64,000 nt of DNA. Origin: Guillardia theta CCMP2712. Lineage: Eukaryota; Protista; Cryptophyta. Made by a program: the position numbers and the translations under genes. The stretch covers positions 1 through 64,000 of the forward strand of contig NW_005434648.1 of the NCBI RefSeq assembly GCF_000315625.1, given 5' to 3'. The notes under the pieces were generated by a model. The model was not told the DNA's origin. It saw only the letters and a list, made by a program, of their open reading frames with translations, and searched no databases. Of this stretch, positions 1 to 12,690 are shown piece by piece. Position 1 is the stretch's first letter. Every line of letters starts with the position of its first letter.

Positions 1-1840
1 CCCGTGATCATTATCTCCCTTTACCAATCCATGCTCCCTCTCTCCCTTCATCCCTCCCTCCCTCCATCCATCCATTCTCCCTCTTTCTCCCTCAACTCCA
101 TCCTTGCCGTCTTACTACTCAATCCCTCTCTCCGCTTTCTTCCTACCTTACCTTGTCAGTTGGCTCGATGATACCTGGCGCTGTGGCTGGAGCTGTATTC
201 AATGTGTTTGCGGTGACTCGGGTTGAGCTCCTTGCTAAAGTCAGCACCTTTTCTCTCCCCCTCCCTTTTCTCCTCTTCTCACGCTACATAGGAAATCTTG
301 TTGATCGCAATCATGGTATCCGTCGCCGCCTCTATCTTCTCCCTCATCTTCATAGAAAAGCCTTGCAGTCCGCCCAGCACGGAGGTGAGAGGAGAAGAGG
401 ACGGAGATTACGGAGGAAAGATTCGCTGACGCTCTAGAAAGGAATCAGCCTCCACCAACGCTCCCGCCCTTTCCTCCATCGTCACGATGCTCAAGGTGGG
501 CCTATGGTGTGGGAAGACCCTGCGGCTCTCGTGAGAGGATGTCCTGCAGGACTACAACTTCCTCATCCTTCTCTTCGTCTTCACCTTGGATGGATACGGA
601 TGGGTTCCTCTCTCCTCAGCCTCCGGCCGGCCGTGACGCTCCTTCCAGGGTCTCATCCTGGTCACTAGCATCCTCAGCGACATCGGCTATGGGCAGGTAC
701 TGGCCCAGCTTGTTCGGAGGAGGTGGCACTGTGATCAGGGAGACAGCATGAAGCAGACATCGTCATGTCGATCGCAAGTACCGACTGTGTCCTGCGACCT
801 CGCGCTTGGCTGATTGCTGTCTCGCCCGCCTTCAGGATGGGGGTCCATGTCCCCACTCATCTTCTCTCCTATCGCTGACATGTTGAGATCTCGGGACGAG
901 AGGTGATGGGGTGGGACGCGGAGCTCCTACCTTGACCCACAACCTCGTTAGGTGGCCTGTGTGGATCATGCAGATCTCGCAGACAGGAAGTCTTATTGCT
1001 CAGCTCGGTCTTACCTTCTCTCTTGCTCCTAAGATGTTCAGGTGATGAATGCTTCTCGTTGGAGGGTACAGGGCGTGACTTGCCCCACAGCTCCATTGCG
1101 TTTTGCTTCTTCTGGGTCGGATTCTTCACTTCTGCAGCTGCACCAATCCTCCTGGTGAGATGCAGGAGAAAGACGATGAGAAAAAGGATCAAGGCAGCAA
1201 TGAGGGAGGAGTTGGGCTCAGAGACGATCTGCAGCTATGTTGGAAGCAACCACTAGAACTCAACTTGTTTGCAGGAGTTGGTAGCTGAAGTCACCTATCC
1301 CCAGCCAGAAATCTACTCAGCAGGTACCCGGTGTCCGGTCGATCGGGGCCCAGCCATTCTAACCCCTGCGGCTTCCTCCTACAAGGTGTCTGCCTCACAG
1401 TGTTTGGAGTGAGCACCTTCGGATTCGTCCAGCTCAGTCAGGTAGGGCTGCGAGGGAGCTGGAGGGCGATGACCTGTAGTGGTGGCGGTCAGGTGATGGC
1501 CGTCTCCGGCATGGCTGGATACATCAACTTCCTCTGGCTGCAGAACGTGCTGTTCTTCGTCAGGTGACATGCCAACCCTTCCGACTGCCCTCTGAGTCGT
1601 CACAGCGTCGTCCTGGTCCTCTTCTCCTTCAAGGCAAATTTGAAGCGCACAAACCGAGCACTGGATCGTTCGGTGGACCTCCCGATGCTCCTCCCTCCGT
1701 CTTCTGACTTGTCTCCCGCAGCAAGTGCAGGGCGGCATCTTGTCCGACCCTGTTGGCGAGGGGTTCGAACAGCCCTTGTCACCCTGAGGCGTCAAAGGTC
1801 CATCAGTGTGTACCATTGCTCAGTGAGGGAGGGAGGGTGA
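1..1840 (+). CDS. MFS transporter, FLVCR/SLC49-like (multi-exon, 5' part lies outside the window, 3' end approximate)
   Basis: Manually spliced hydrophobic exons (EILLIAIMVSVAASIFSLIF; DYNFLILLFVFTLDGYGW; SIAFCFFWVGFFTSAAAPILL), the family-type motif ELVAEVTYPQPEIYSAG near 1275-1323, and a C-terminal FKANLKR. Introns are ~50 nt GT-AG. Confidence 0.6.
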
Positions 1841-2178
1841 AGGGAGGAAGAATCGTTCCCTTCCTGCGCTTGATGACTCGCATCATGGGTGAGAGTACTT
1901 GAGGTACAGGGAAGCCGGAACCCCCACTACAAGTCAAGTTTGCAGTCTGAAGACTCTTGGTCCTTCCCTCCACTCCAACCAGAAGCTCGTCGATAACAGA
2001 AGCAGTTGTCTTGCTGGCACAACTACTTCGTAGAAACTTTTATTCTTTGTCACTATTCTTCATTCCGTGTTGATAAATCGAAGCAAACAATCATCCCGTT
2101 GCACACTTTCGCTGCAGGTTCCCCCCTTCAGGATCGAACTCAAAATGTCCCTCTACCCTGACATGTCTCATATCATCC

Positions 2179-2861
2179 TCACTGGATGAGCTGTAGAGAC
2201 AGGAGCAGGCATAACAAACACAGCAACTGCAGCATGCTCGCCGGGGGAGAGCCTGAGGCCGATGAGAACGGGTTGAAGCAACTGGAAGCATCAGTGCAGG
2301 ACCTGACGAGCTTCAAATTCTCGATCTGCGCGGTGATCTGAGAGCTAGTCATGTTGCATAGAGTCTCACTCCTCATCTGGTAGGATCGGCAGCATCGCAA
2401 CGTCGCAACGTGACTTATCGAGCAATCAGAGTCAACCAAGCATCCGCTCTGCCTGTTGGGAATGTAGAACTTGCAGTAGTCGCTGCATGTGACGGAGGAC
2501 AGCGACTGCAAGGAAGAGTCAGAAGAAACAAGACCAGTTGTTTGCTCACCTCGTAGATGCCACAATCATTAGATGCTAGAGTTTTGCATGCAGAATCATC
2601 CTTTGGCGCAGTGATAGAAAGGTCCTTTGATTTTGCAATATGATTCTGAGCATCTTGAAGAGAAATGCAGGATCCGTAGCTGACCGTGATTTTGCCGCAC
2701 TTTCCTGCTCAACCTCAGCAACGAGGATAAGGAGATAACGGATGAGACGCACCACCATCAATGTCGGGCATGGTTGCCGTATAGCACTTTTCGGTTTGAG
2801 ATCTGACGAGCAGGAAGGTGGAGCAAAGGACAAACAGGGTCTTTGCTGTCTTGTTCATCAT
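2179..2861 (-). CDS. Small secreted Cys-rich protein, probably GPI-anchored (multi-exon)
   Basis: N-terminal signal-like MMNKTAKTLFVLCSTFLLVRSQ, a Cys-rich body, and a Ser/Gly/Ala patch followed by the hydrophobic C-terminus MLQLLCLLCLLLSLQLIQ*. Confidence 0.45.
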
Positions 2862-3535
2862 CTAACTCACTGGCATGTCAATCTCATCCTCTCCTCTTCG
2901 CTCCTCTCCTGCGTCCTTACGGTCTCGACGATGCGCGATCAACGGATGAGTCAAATTTGTACCACCGGTGGGTGCCAGTTTTACTCATAACCCCAGCTGC
3001 TGGTACAAATGTTTTAGTCAAGGGGAGGGCTAATCCCCTGCTAATAAATGTGGCCCAGGGGTTCGAGTCAAAGGGCCACCTTCGACCTGATGCTCGGTGC
3101 GCATCAAGGGCCGTGGTCCCTGTATGACGAGTCGCGTGCTTCCCATTGTGAGACTCAAGAAGATTGATGCCTCAGCAGCTCAGGAATGTCAAGATGAACG
3201 GTCTCCATGAGATAAACTTGTATATTCAATATGATTGGCAATTAATCACTATCAATTAGTACCGCTGCAGTGCTCAGGGTGTACAACAAGGCAAGCTTCC
3301 TATTCATGCCCTTGATTCGTAAATTGAAAGAACCGAGCCTGTCACCATCACGACGGATCTGACTCTAGAAGCGATGATATTTGGCAGTACATGTTATAGT
3401 ATGGTTTGTAATGTGTTAAGTGAATGTATCAGTTAAGTGCAGAAATAGGTTTGGTTCTCGCTGTCTTTTCTCTTCTCGCCGTTTGGCCTGTGCGACAGTG
3501 TCAGGTCAAGCCTCCTCGACTCTCCTGATAGGGCA

Positions 3536-3744
3536 GGCTCGTACTCAGTGATTTTTAACTGAACTTGGAGTAAAGAAGACTCACTGAGTCAGTGACGTCG
3601 CTGATCGGCTAAACCGACCGTACCTCTTCAGGGCCGCCGGCCCGGGGCCCGGATCCATGGAAGGAGTACTATGTATCTGTAATATAACGGGCCGTCACGG
3701 CACCAGCCGTCACGGACCAAAACTGGGCATGTGCGGGCTGTATG
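3536..3744. mobile_element. Left end of a MITE-like element (same TIR family as 5983-6356), truncated by an assembly gap
   Basis: ctcgtact..gatttttaactgaacttggagtaaag resembles the TIR at 5989-6016 and is followed by the same kind of GC-rich ccgtcacgg/ccggcccggg core. Confidence 0.45.
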
Positions 3745-4107
3745 NNNNNNNNNNNNNNNNNNNNNNNNNNNNNNNNNNNNNNNNNNNNNNNNNNNNNNNN
3801 NNNNNNNNNNNNNNNNNNNNNNNNNNNNNNNNNNNNNNNNNNNNCGTAGAGCCCGACGGAATCCGTCAAATTCGTTTTTTTCATTTGTATATAGCTGCTT
3901 ATGTACATATGAAACAATAGGACCCAGGTAGTAGCAAAAAGAAATTAAAAAAAGCAAACACGTGAATAAGATGGATTCATAGTAGTACCCCTCTTTTGAA
4001 CAGAATTCTGGGGTGGGGGGTATTACGTCCTTCAGCGGCACCAAGCTTTTAACTACGGAAGCATAGGTCTGTCTGGCGCAGAGGGAAGTGTCTTACGCAG
4101 TGCTGAA

Positions 4108-5117
4108 GTGGAAGTGACGGCGGAAGAGGATCGGGGGGACTCCGGGGATGAGGAGGAGGTAATGGAAGAGGTTCATGACAGTGATTCAACGGGGCCAGAG
4201 GTAGGAGGGGAACAGGCTGTTCCAGCTTTTGCTGTGGAAGGAGACGAAAACGTCTTGCAACCTGAAGCCCCATTGGATCAATCGCCGGTGCAGCCTTGGG
4301 CACGGCGAGGTTGCAAGCGTCCTCAATCCACAGCTGCTGTGTTATGTGTGCAACAGCGGAGAGAATTCGAGGAAAGACGTACACGCATTCAGCAGAACAA
4401 TGTATCGGAGAAGACCAGAGAGATGTATATGAACTACATGATACGCTTCATAGAATGGTTGTACGCGAATGACGAGTATTATGCTCTCATAACTGATGAA
4501 TTCAAAACGAACATGCGTGAAGAACGTGACAAATTCTTGAACGGATCAGATCAGGTGACAGAGCCGGCGACGACGGACGAGAGTTTACCAACTACAACTT
4601 ACATGAAGAGAGTATAATGTTACAGAAGCAAATTAATCCCACCCACTTTGAAAAATTCACGCCAGTGATGTTTCTTGACTGGGTGACCCATAAAGTTCAA
4701 CAAAATCCAGAACTAACATTCCAAACATGCTCGTCGTACAAGATGCACATGCTCAAGAATTACGGGGTTACACTGAGCATCGAGGCGGTGAAAACATTGA
4801 GCAGTGACTTCAGAGGATTGAAGCGAACGTTGAATCTTTCTCAATCTTGCAATCAAGATGCAAAAGTGACAACCGGCAATGTACCATTGTCATACGATTT
4901 GTACTCAGTGTTCGCCAAGGTTATGCTACAGAAACCAGAAAGAGAATATGTTTGGGCCAGGACCTTTTTGATTCTGGCTTGGAATTTGATGTCCAGATCC
5001 AGAAACGTATGCACACTGTTGTACAATCACATGGAATTCGTCGGGGATGCCTTGCGCTTCTACGTAATTCACGCAAAAAATGATCAGGCTGGTGAGAAAC
5101 CGCGGGATCCAAAGCAT
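4108..5117 (+). mobile_element. Degenerate Crypton-type (CryptonS-like) tyrosine recombinase transposon, disrupted by a stop/frameshift at ~4617 and truncated by an N gap
   Basis: Motifs SEKTREMY..RFIEWL, PLSYDLYS, FLILAWNLMSRSRN (catalytic Arg) and HAKNDQAG..RDPKH are typical of Crypton YR proteins. The segment is intronless and AT-richer than host genes. Confidence 0.75.
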
Positions 5118-5982
5118 NNNNNNNNNNNNNNNNNNNNNNNNNNNNNNNNNNNNNNNNNNNNNNNNNNNNNNNNNNNNNNNNNNNNNNNNNNNNNNNNNNN
5201 NNNNNNNNNNNNNNNNNNNNNNNNNNNNNNNNNNNNNNNNNNNNNNNNNNNNNNNNNNNNNNNNNNNNNNNNNNNNNNNNNNNNNNNNNNNNNNNNNNNN
5301 NNNNNNNNNNNNNNNNNNNNNNNNNNNNNNNNNNNNNNNNNNNNNNNNNNNNNNNNNNNNNNNNNNNNNNNNNACTGGGGATGGGGGTGAAGGAGTATGC
5401 GCAGGTTTGACAGGATCAGGTACAGACACATTGGGAAGTTGGATGCTATCCTGCATGCAACAACGATTACACCTTGTCACTTCTATAATGTTCATGGGGA
5501 TGGGATCATGGGACAAGTGCGGGGTAAGGGGAGCTTGAAGATGCTTTTGTGATTAGGGTGTGGATGATCGTGCAGTGTACAAAGGAAACAAGCGTGATAT
5601 GGTTGCTCAAGGGACTTGCATATTGGAGACAGTTGGGGATGGACGACATCATGATAATGACAACTTGGGAATCTCAACAAGACAAGTATGATTCTTCAGA
5701 CCATGTTCTTCTCTAACATGAAAGGTTTTCTATCCTTATCATGATTGAAAGATGTGTAAAAGTAATGCACAACTATGCCTAGAATGATCCTAAGACGTGA
5801 TCGGATGTAGAACACCATCATCCTTGCTCTAGGGCGGCGTCGATGCTCTTCATTGTGCTTCCTGCATTGTCAACGTTACTTAACTAAGAAAGTTTACTCA
5901 ACTTTAAGTAAAAGAAAGGGCTCCATATAGAATCCGTGCTATTCTTTCTATACATATTTAGCTAAGTTTGGGGGACTGTTCC

Positions 5983-6356
5983 CTCGTACTGATTTTTAAC
6001 TTAACTTTGAGTAAAGGAAGCATGTTCCGAGCCAGGCTCGCCGCTGTGTCTGTCAAAGTTGGCGTTCTCTTCAAGGTGACTCTAGCCTGATTTTTAACTT
6101 ACGGTCTCGAGTTCCACAGGGCCAACTTGAGTTCAAGTCACTACTTTACTATTTAAACCCGTTCACGGTTCCGGTTCAACAGTGACGGTGCCATAACTAG
6201 TCACTAGTAACCGTCCGGCCCGGGCCCGCCCGGCGTCAGCCTGCTGGCACGCCACCCGGTGACCGTCACGGCCCGGCCAAGCCTCCGTGACTCGCCTAGC
6301 CCGCGGCCCGGCGCGGGTCACATCTTTACTCAAAGTTAAGTCAAAATCAGATCGAG
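5983..6356. mobile_element. MITE-like non-coding element with ~28-bp terminal inverted repeats and a GC-rich palindromic core
   Basis: 5989-6016 ctgatttttaacttaactttgagtaaag pairs with 6324-6350 ctttactcaaagttaagtcaaaatcag (1 indel plus 1 mismatch), and the match extends outward (cctcg/cgagg). Confidence 0.6.
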
Positions 6357-7786
6357 GACACTACTGGTACTACTCAGTGACTGGTACTACTACTGTTGGC
6401 GGGGTAGGGGTGGGGGTTCGATTCTGCGGCCATATGATGACAAATCAGCGGTCATCTAATGATCGGATGCTGCAAGTGTGTTTGTATGTCCAAGTACCCC
6501 TCTCGACGCTGTCCGACTAGAACCCAATATTAATACGAAAAGAAGAGGTGCTAAATCAATCGGGGCTCAGATTATCTCTGTGCACTCCCAGCCATCTAGT
6601 TAGCATCAAAGTCGAATCTTTGAGCTTTTGAGGGTAGGGTTGTTTTATCCTGGTAATGTGGGGATTGGAAGGGTAGGGGTGGTTGGTTGTTGAGGACCAA
6701 AAAGTTGAAAGCGAACAAAAAGGGCCTAATGGGTTAGGGGTGGTTGATGGGGGGGGGTGGGGGTATAGGCGTGTAAGTGCTAACCTTCAAGGACCCACCT
6801 TCCCCAGTATCAAAAGGGGGGGTGAATAGTTGTTCCCAGAGATCAATGAGACGAGGAGTGGGGGTGGGGGTAGGGGTAGGTGAGGATAGGCGAGAATGAT
6901 GGCAGGTGTTACAAGGTAGGGTCATCTCGTCAAGTCATCTTCGAAGATGGGTAGGGTTCAGAATGGGCCTCAAGAGTAGGGGTACTTTCATACTGTTTCG
7001 ATGAAAGATGATACCACCGGTGGGGTTTGTGACAGGGGTGAGTCAATCCAGTGGGGGGTAGGGTGTTGTGTTGTGCGCGGCATCCAGGCGATATGGCTCA
7101 AGGGATGTGTAGAGATAGCAGGGAGGATGAGGGGGGAAGGGGCACTAGCGTGATAAACATAGCGATGGCATGAGAACCAGGAGAAGAAAGGGAGACACCA
7201 GAATATTGAATGAATGAACACGTGATTAACCTTCTAATCAGTAAGAAGTGGTAAACTGAGGGTCGAAAAGTTTTGACTGGAAGGAATGAGAGCTTGGGGC
7301 CAACTTATAGAGCCCCCTTTCCATGTAAACCTCTTTCTGTATGAGAGTTTCTTTGATTCTTCAATCGAATGTGGATTCAAAATGCTGAATTGCTGGATGA
7401 TTGACAGTGTTACATAGGACTAATTTAGACATTCTGCTGCTGAGTTCATTTGCAGCAGGAGTTTTGTTTGGACATGACTAAGCTTGAGATCGAAACCATG
7501 GAGTATCCTTGATGACCAACACAGGGTAAGTAAAACGGATATCAAGACATCTAATTCTCTTTGATTGAATCATGTTATATGGCCCATTCCCACTCTGGCA
7601 GCCATGAAGGCGATAAATTTTGAAGCGATTCTTACACTTAATTTCTGTGTTTGATGTCAAGACACTGCGGTTTACGTTACGAAGGTGTCTAAGGACTGGT
7701 AACGTTCCTTGTGTCTCGACTAAAGGAGATTCATCGGGCGTCTCTGCTGTCTGTGGCTGGCCTGAATGTACCTGGCTTAGAACGGC

Positions 7787-9748
7787 ATGGATATGAGGCT
7801 AGATCAGACACCAAACTCAAAGGCACACAGAAAGTCGCTTCAGAACTTGCAGAGAAAGGGATGGGCGCGAGGCATTGGTGAATTGGATGACAAGGTTCTA
7901 TCCAATGCACCCACTCCTGTTTGCAATGTACGGAACAAAAACGGCAAGAACATCGTTTACACTGTGCCCAGTGTGAACAAACCTTACACCTCCGACCTTG
8001 CTTCGATTCTTCCTAGGCGCCTGAACTTTCAATCTGCAAGTTCAGGTGGCTCTGCGGCTCGAGGAGTGCGGATCGTCAGTGAGAATGTTCCGAGCCCATC
8101 GAGAGTGAACGACAACCAGCAGAACGCAAGTGGGGCAGGAAGTGGTTCTGTGGATGACAGGCTGCCCCAGAATTTCCCTCGCAATGACTTGAGTCGTTTG
8201 CGAGTCCTACAAAGACCCTCCTCGGGTAAAGGGCAGGGGTTGAGGAGAAGCGCTGACCCTGCCCTACAACCAGCCAACTCACCCAACATGTCAACTAGGT
8301 TCATGGTCGGGTCCACCTATCCCATCATCGATGGAAGGTTCTATTGGGCCAGCGTCAGTTGCGAGCCTGCGGCTCCTCAATCGGAGCATTGGTTTTCTAC
8401 CGACAGAACCCTCGTCTATTCTTCTTTCTGTGCGGATTTCGGCCCAATGAACCTGAGTGCCATCGTTCGATATGTGAAGTTGATGAAAGAAAAAATGAGC
8501 AGCGAGGATCTCAAAGGGAAGAAGATTGTTCACTTCACTGGTGCATCAGTTCAAAACCGTACCAACTGCGTGTTCCTCATTGGTTGCTACCTCCTCTTGG
8601 ACAGAAAGATGTCTCCAGCCGAAATCTGGAATTGTTTTTCGAAGTTTGAGCCTTCTCCTTTCTTGCACTACAGAGATGCAACTTTTGTAAGGAGCACTTG
8701 GGACTTGAAGCTTGAGGACTGCTGGCGAGGCCTTCACCGGGGCATCGAGGTAACATGCGCTCCTGTGGAATGCGATGTAACGAGGATTATGCAGACAGGG
8801 CTGATCGACATCGAAGGTTTCAATCCCGACGAGTACGACTACTACGATCACCCGCAGCATGGCGACATGCATGTCATAGTTCCTAGAAGATTCATCGCAT
8901 TCAAGGGCCCGACAGGTCGGCGGTATCGACTGGCTGCAGGGCTCTACTCGCATACGCCGAAAGACTATATCGAGGTTTTCAGACATCACAATGTGAGTGA
9001 AATGTTGTGAAGATAATGAGGTTGATGACATGACGGTAAAGGTTTCTGCGATCGTGAGGCTGAACAACAAGGTGAAGATGTTTTTTTCGTGTCATCCCTT
9101 GTGTTGACGCTCATGCGCAGGAATACGACCGGAATGAATTCGTGAAGAATGGGTTCAACCATTACGATCTCTTCTTCGAAGTGAGCTGCAGCATGCGGAT
9201 CGTTCTGTCTGAATTCTTGTGTAGGACTGCACAACACCGTCAGAGTTGATTGTGAGCAAGTTCATGGACATCGTGGAGAGAGAGAGGGGAGTGATCGCAG
9301 TCCACTGTTTGGCTGGACTTGGAAGGACGGGGACGCTGATCGGGTTGTGGATCATGCGCAACTACGACTTCACAGCTGAGGAGGTGATCGCTTACTTGCG
9401 GATCATCCGACCTGGAAGCATCATCGGGCCTCAGCAGCAGTACCTTTGCGATTGCTACCAAAAGCTCAAGAACGTGAAAGAAGCTAGCTTCTCGTCCCGT
9501 AAGCAACCTGCCCCTCCCATCTCCGCTACTTGTCACGAGTCTGATCGCCTGCTAGCGGGAAGACTTGACTACAACTCTGCGGCGCTCGCAAAAGAAGTGA
9601 AGGAGGGAATGCTTCGTCGCCACATTCATCGCATCCCCAGGTGGTTCAGGAAGTCGCTGACTGCTGAGTAGACACTGACGGTATTGACATTGACAGCAAT
9701 GGGATGCAAGGTGCGGGAAGTGCAGGTGAAGTTGGAGGAACTAGGTAA
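7787..9748 (+). CDS. CDC14: Cdc14-family dual-specificity protein phosphatase (multi-exon)
   Basis: A-domain motifs ADFGPMNL and YRDA, FIAFKGP, catalytic [10 protein letters not shown], and [16 protein letters not shown]. Confidence 0.92.
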
Positions 9749-9870
9749 GGGAAGGATGATGGAGTTGCAGACTAGCAGGACATATGGGGTTTGCAGGACG
9801 ATGGTAGTCCACGCATGTTTATTCTTTTGTCTTATTCTTTTCTCTGTATTGTTTTGATCACCTCGTGCGT

Positions 9871-12116
9871 TCACTTCATGCCTCGGGCAAGAGCGATCGC
9901 AATTTCTGCATATTGCACGTTATGACAACCACAAGCACCGGAGGAGGAAGGGGTTGGGAGCGGAGGGAGAGGGAGAGGAGAGGGGAGCGGGCGGGGGCAG
10001 GAGCGGGGGGGAGGAGGAAGAATAGGCTGCCCTCACCTCGTTCACGTCAAACCTGGTGGATTTCTGGACCTCAAGGACCTGCTTGATCTTGAGAATGCAG
10101 AAGAGGAAGGGAGAGCGCACAGAGGATGTTAGGAGGGTAGGATGAGATACAACGGTGAGGAAAAGAAGAGGGAATTGGAAAGGAGGAACCTACCTTCTCC
10201 TCAAGCTGGTATCTTCCTCCGCTGTAGACGTACACGAACTGGACCTGCCTTGCTGTCATGTTAAGGCAGGAGGAGGAGCGGGATCACCTTGCTGACCGTG
10301 TAGTCTGCTCCCTCCACAGCAATCCTGCAGGATGTTAGAGGGGGAGGCGGTCAGAGCTCCTTACTTGTCCCCATTGTGGGTACGAGGATGGAAGAAGTGA
10401 ACGCCTTCAAGCCTGCAGCACAGGTCAGGGCCTTCAAGCCTGCAGCACAAGGGCGGCAGCTCCGAGCCTCCTCTCTCACATTCTCTCTGGTGGCGGCGAG
10501 ATAATCTTCACCCTAGCAATGCACCATGAGCTCGACTCCCCGACCTCCGCGGTACCTGAAGGGCTTGTCGTCCTGCTCCTTCTGTCTCTTCGCGTCCTGG
10601 GCAAGGGTGAGGAGGCGAGGGAGTGGGAGAGGAACAAGTCAGCACCTGTCGCTTCTTCGATTTGTCCTTGAGCGTGTACAGAAGCTCCTGAGGGTTCACC
10701 GCGTCTCGGATTTCAGCTCTGCCCTGCTCGCTCGGAGAAGTACAAGCAGAGACAAGGTACAGCTTGCTCCCGGTGGTTGGACCTGCACGTTCGAGCATCA
10801 CGAGGAGCAGAAGGAGATGAGGTGGGCAGCTAGACCAGAGACGTCGAGCCTGACGCTCTCCCGATTGAAGCCAGTCTTGTCCAGCAGCTCCTTCACCAAG
10901 GCCGTTCGCTCTGTGCTCGTACGGTTACCCCAGCCCTGGACCTGCCGGTCGAGGAACGAGGCCTTGCTAGTCCAGCTAATGATGAACGATCCTCCTGGTC
11001 TCAAGACTCGAGCTGCTTCAGCGAAGACTTGGAGGGGAAACTGCAGGTAGGGCATGACGCCTGAGCAGACAACAGCGTCAAACGACTGCTCCTGGAAGGG
11101 AAACGCCACGTGCTCGGCGTTGAGGTCGAGCACAGAGAACTTGGTGAGAGCAGAGTTGGACTGCAGGTGCTCATTCACCACCCCGATGCCATGCAAGCTG
11201 GCAATCCTCTCTGACGGGATGAATGACTTCGCGCCCGCACCAACCTCGAGCACTTCGGCTCCTCCTTTCAACCTGAAACCCCCGGTTACTGACCAGCTCC
11301 TCCCGGCAAGCCTCCACCTGTTCTCCAGCAACTCGGAAAGCAGGTCAGCCTGGTCCTTGTTGAAGTCACTCGCCTTCGCTCCCACCGCCTGCGATGTGAC
11401 GACATCACACGAGCTCGGGTCGTTCTCCCGCTCACCTTCCAATACTCTGCATCGCTCAGCGTTCGGTTCGGGACTCTCAACTCGGCCTGGTCATAGATGC
11501 TGTTGGCGTCCTGATAAGATGGGTGACAGTCTGCCACCGGCATCAGGAATGAGGACAAACCTTCTTCACGGTTCTTCGAGCTCGAATCTGATCCTTCGCG
11601 TCAATCCACTCCTGCTCTCCGTTCTATATCAAGCGGTATCAGCCTCTGCCGACAAGCCCAACGCTCGGGGTACCTCGAACACGACAAGCAGGTTAACCTC
11701 GCCTCCTCTTGCCGACACCTTCTTTTCTTTGATCGTTGCCGGCCACCAGCACTCCTCCCACCTCACGTCGACCTCCTGGTGGCACCTTCAGAGTCTGCCT
11801 CCTCCCCTCCCAAGTTTGTTGCTCACCATGCCGACATGCAGGTGCGTGTCTGAATGCTTTGCATCAGGTCGCTTGCTCGATTTGTCTGAAGCTGTGGGGT
11901 CAGCATGACTGGACTTGACATGCACATCGGTCAACCTTTCATCATCAGCACTTGTGTCGCAGTGCGAGGCAAACATGGGCGTGAAGGAAAAGCATGTCTA
12001 CAGCTGGAGAAGCAGCTCGAACCTCTTGCCTTACTGCTCGTTCGATCCAGTCCGATGAGGCTCGGCGAAAAAGCTGAGCATGTGCTACAGAACGAGAGCA
12101 AGACAGCCACAAACAT
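9871..12116 (-). CDS. Class I SAM-dependent methyltransferase (Methyltransf_11-like) with a probable bipartite plastid-targeting presequence. Whether the 3' exons (9871-10480) belong to this gene is tentative.
   Basis: VLEVGAG motif I, DLNAEHVAFPFQEQSFDAVVC and RVLRPGG. The N-terminus MFVAVLLSFCSTCSAF|SPS is a signal peptide plus an ASAF-like motif. Confidence 0.6.
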
Positions 12117-12452
12117 CCCCCCAGGAGCTGAGCGCAACGATCGCCAGACATCTAAGGTGTGAGACCGACGAGGTTGGAGAAGCGAGTTATGCAGACGAGA
12201 AGCTAGAGGAGGAGAGAGAGGAGGGGAAGAGAGAGGAGGGGGAGAGAGAGGAGGGGGAGAGAGGGGACGCGAACTACGACAGGTCTCCTCCATTTTCGCC
12301 TTAGACCAAAAGTAGAACTTTTCAAATACCGTTTGAGAACTTCTGAGAGGACATCAGAACTATTGAGCGGGCGCATGAACTACTGAGCTTGTATAAGAAC
12401 TTTTCCGAGGCCGAGAGAACTTTTCAGGAAGCACGCGAAGAGGAGGAGTGAC

Positions 12453-12690
12453 ATGGCGGGGCGGCGGGAGGAGGAGGAAGATGGGAAGGAGGAGGAGGAG
12501 GAGGGGAAGGAGGAGGAGGATGGGACGGCGGAAGAGGATGGGGAGGAGGAGGAGGAGGAGGAGGAGGATGGGAAGGAGGAGGAGGAGGAGGAGGAGGATG
12601 GGAAGGAGGAGGAGGAGGAGGAGGAGGAGGAGGATGGGGAGGAGGAGGAGGAGGAGGAGGAGGATGGGACGGCGGAGAGGAGAGTGAGGA
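12453..12690. repeat. Low-complexity (GAG)n/GATGGG purine-rich repeat
   Basis: Runs of gaggag interrupted by gatggg(aag). Confidence 0.8.
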
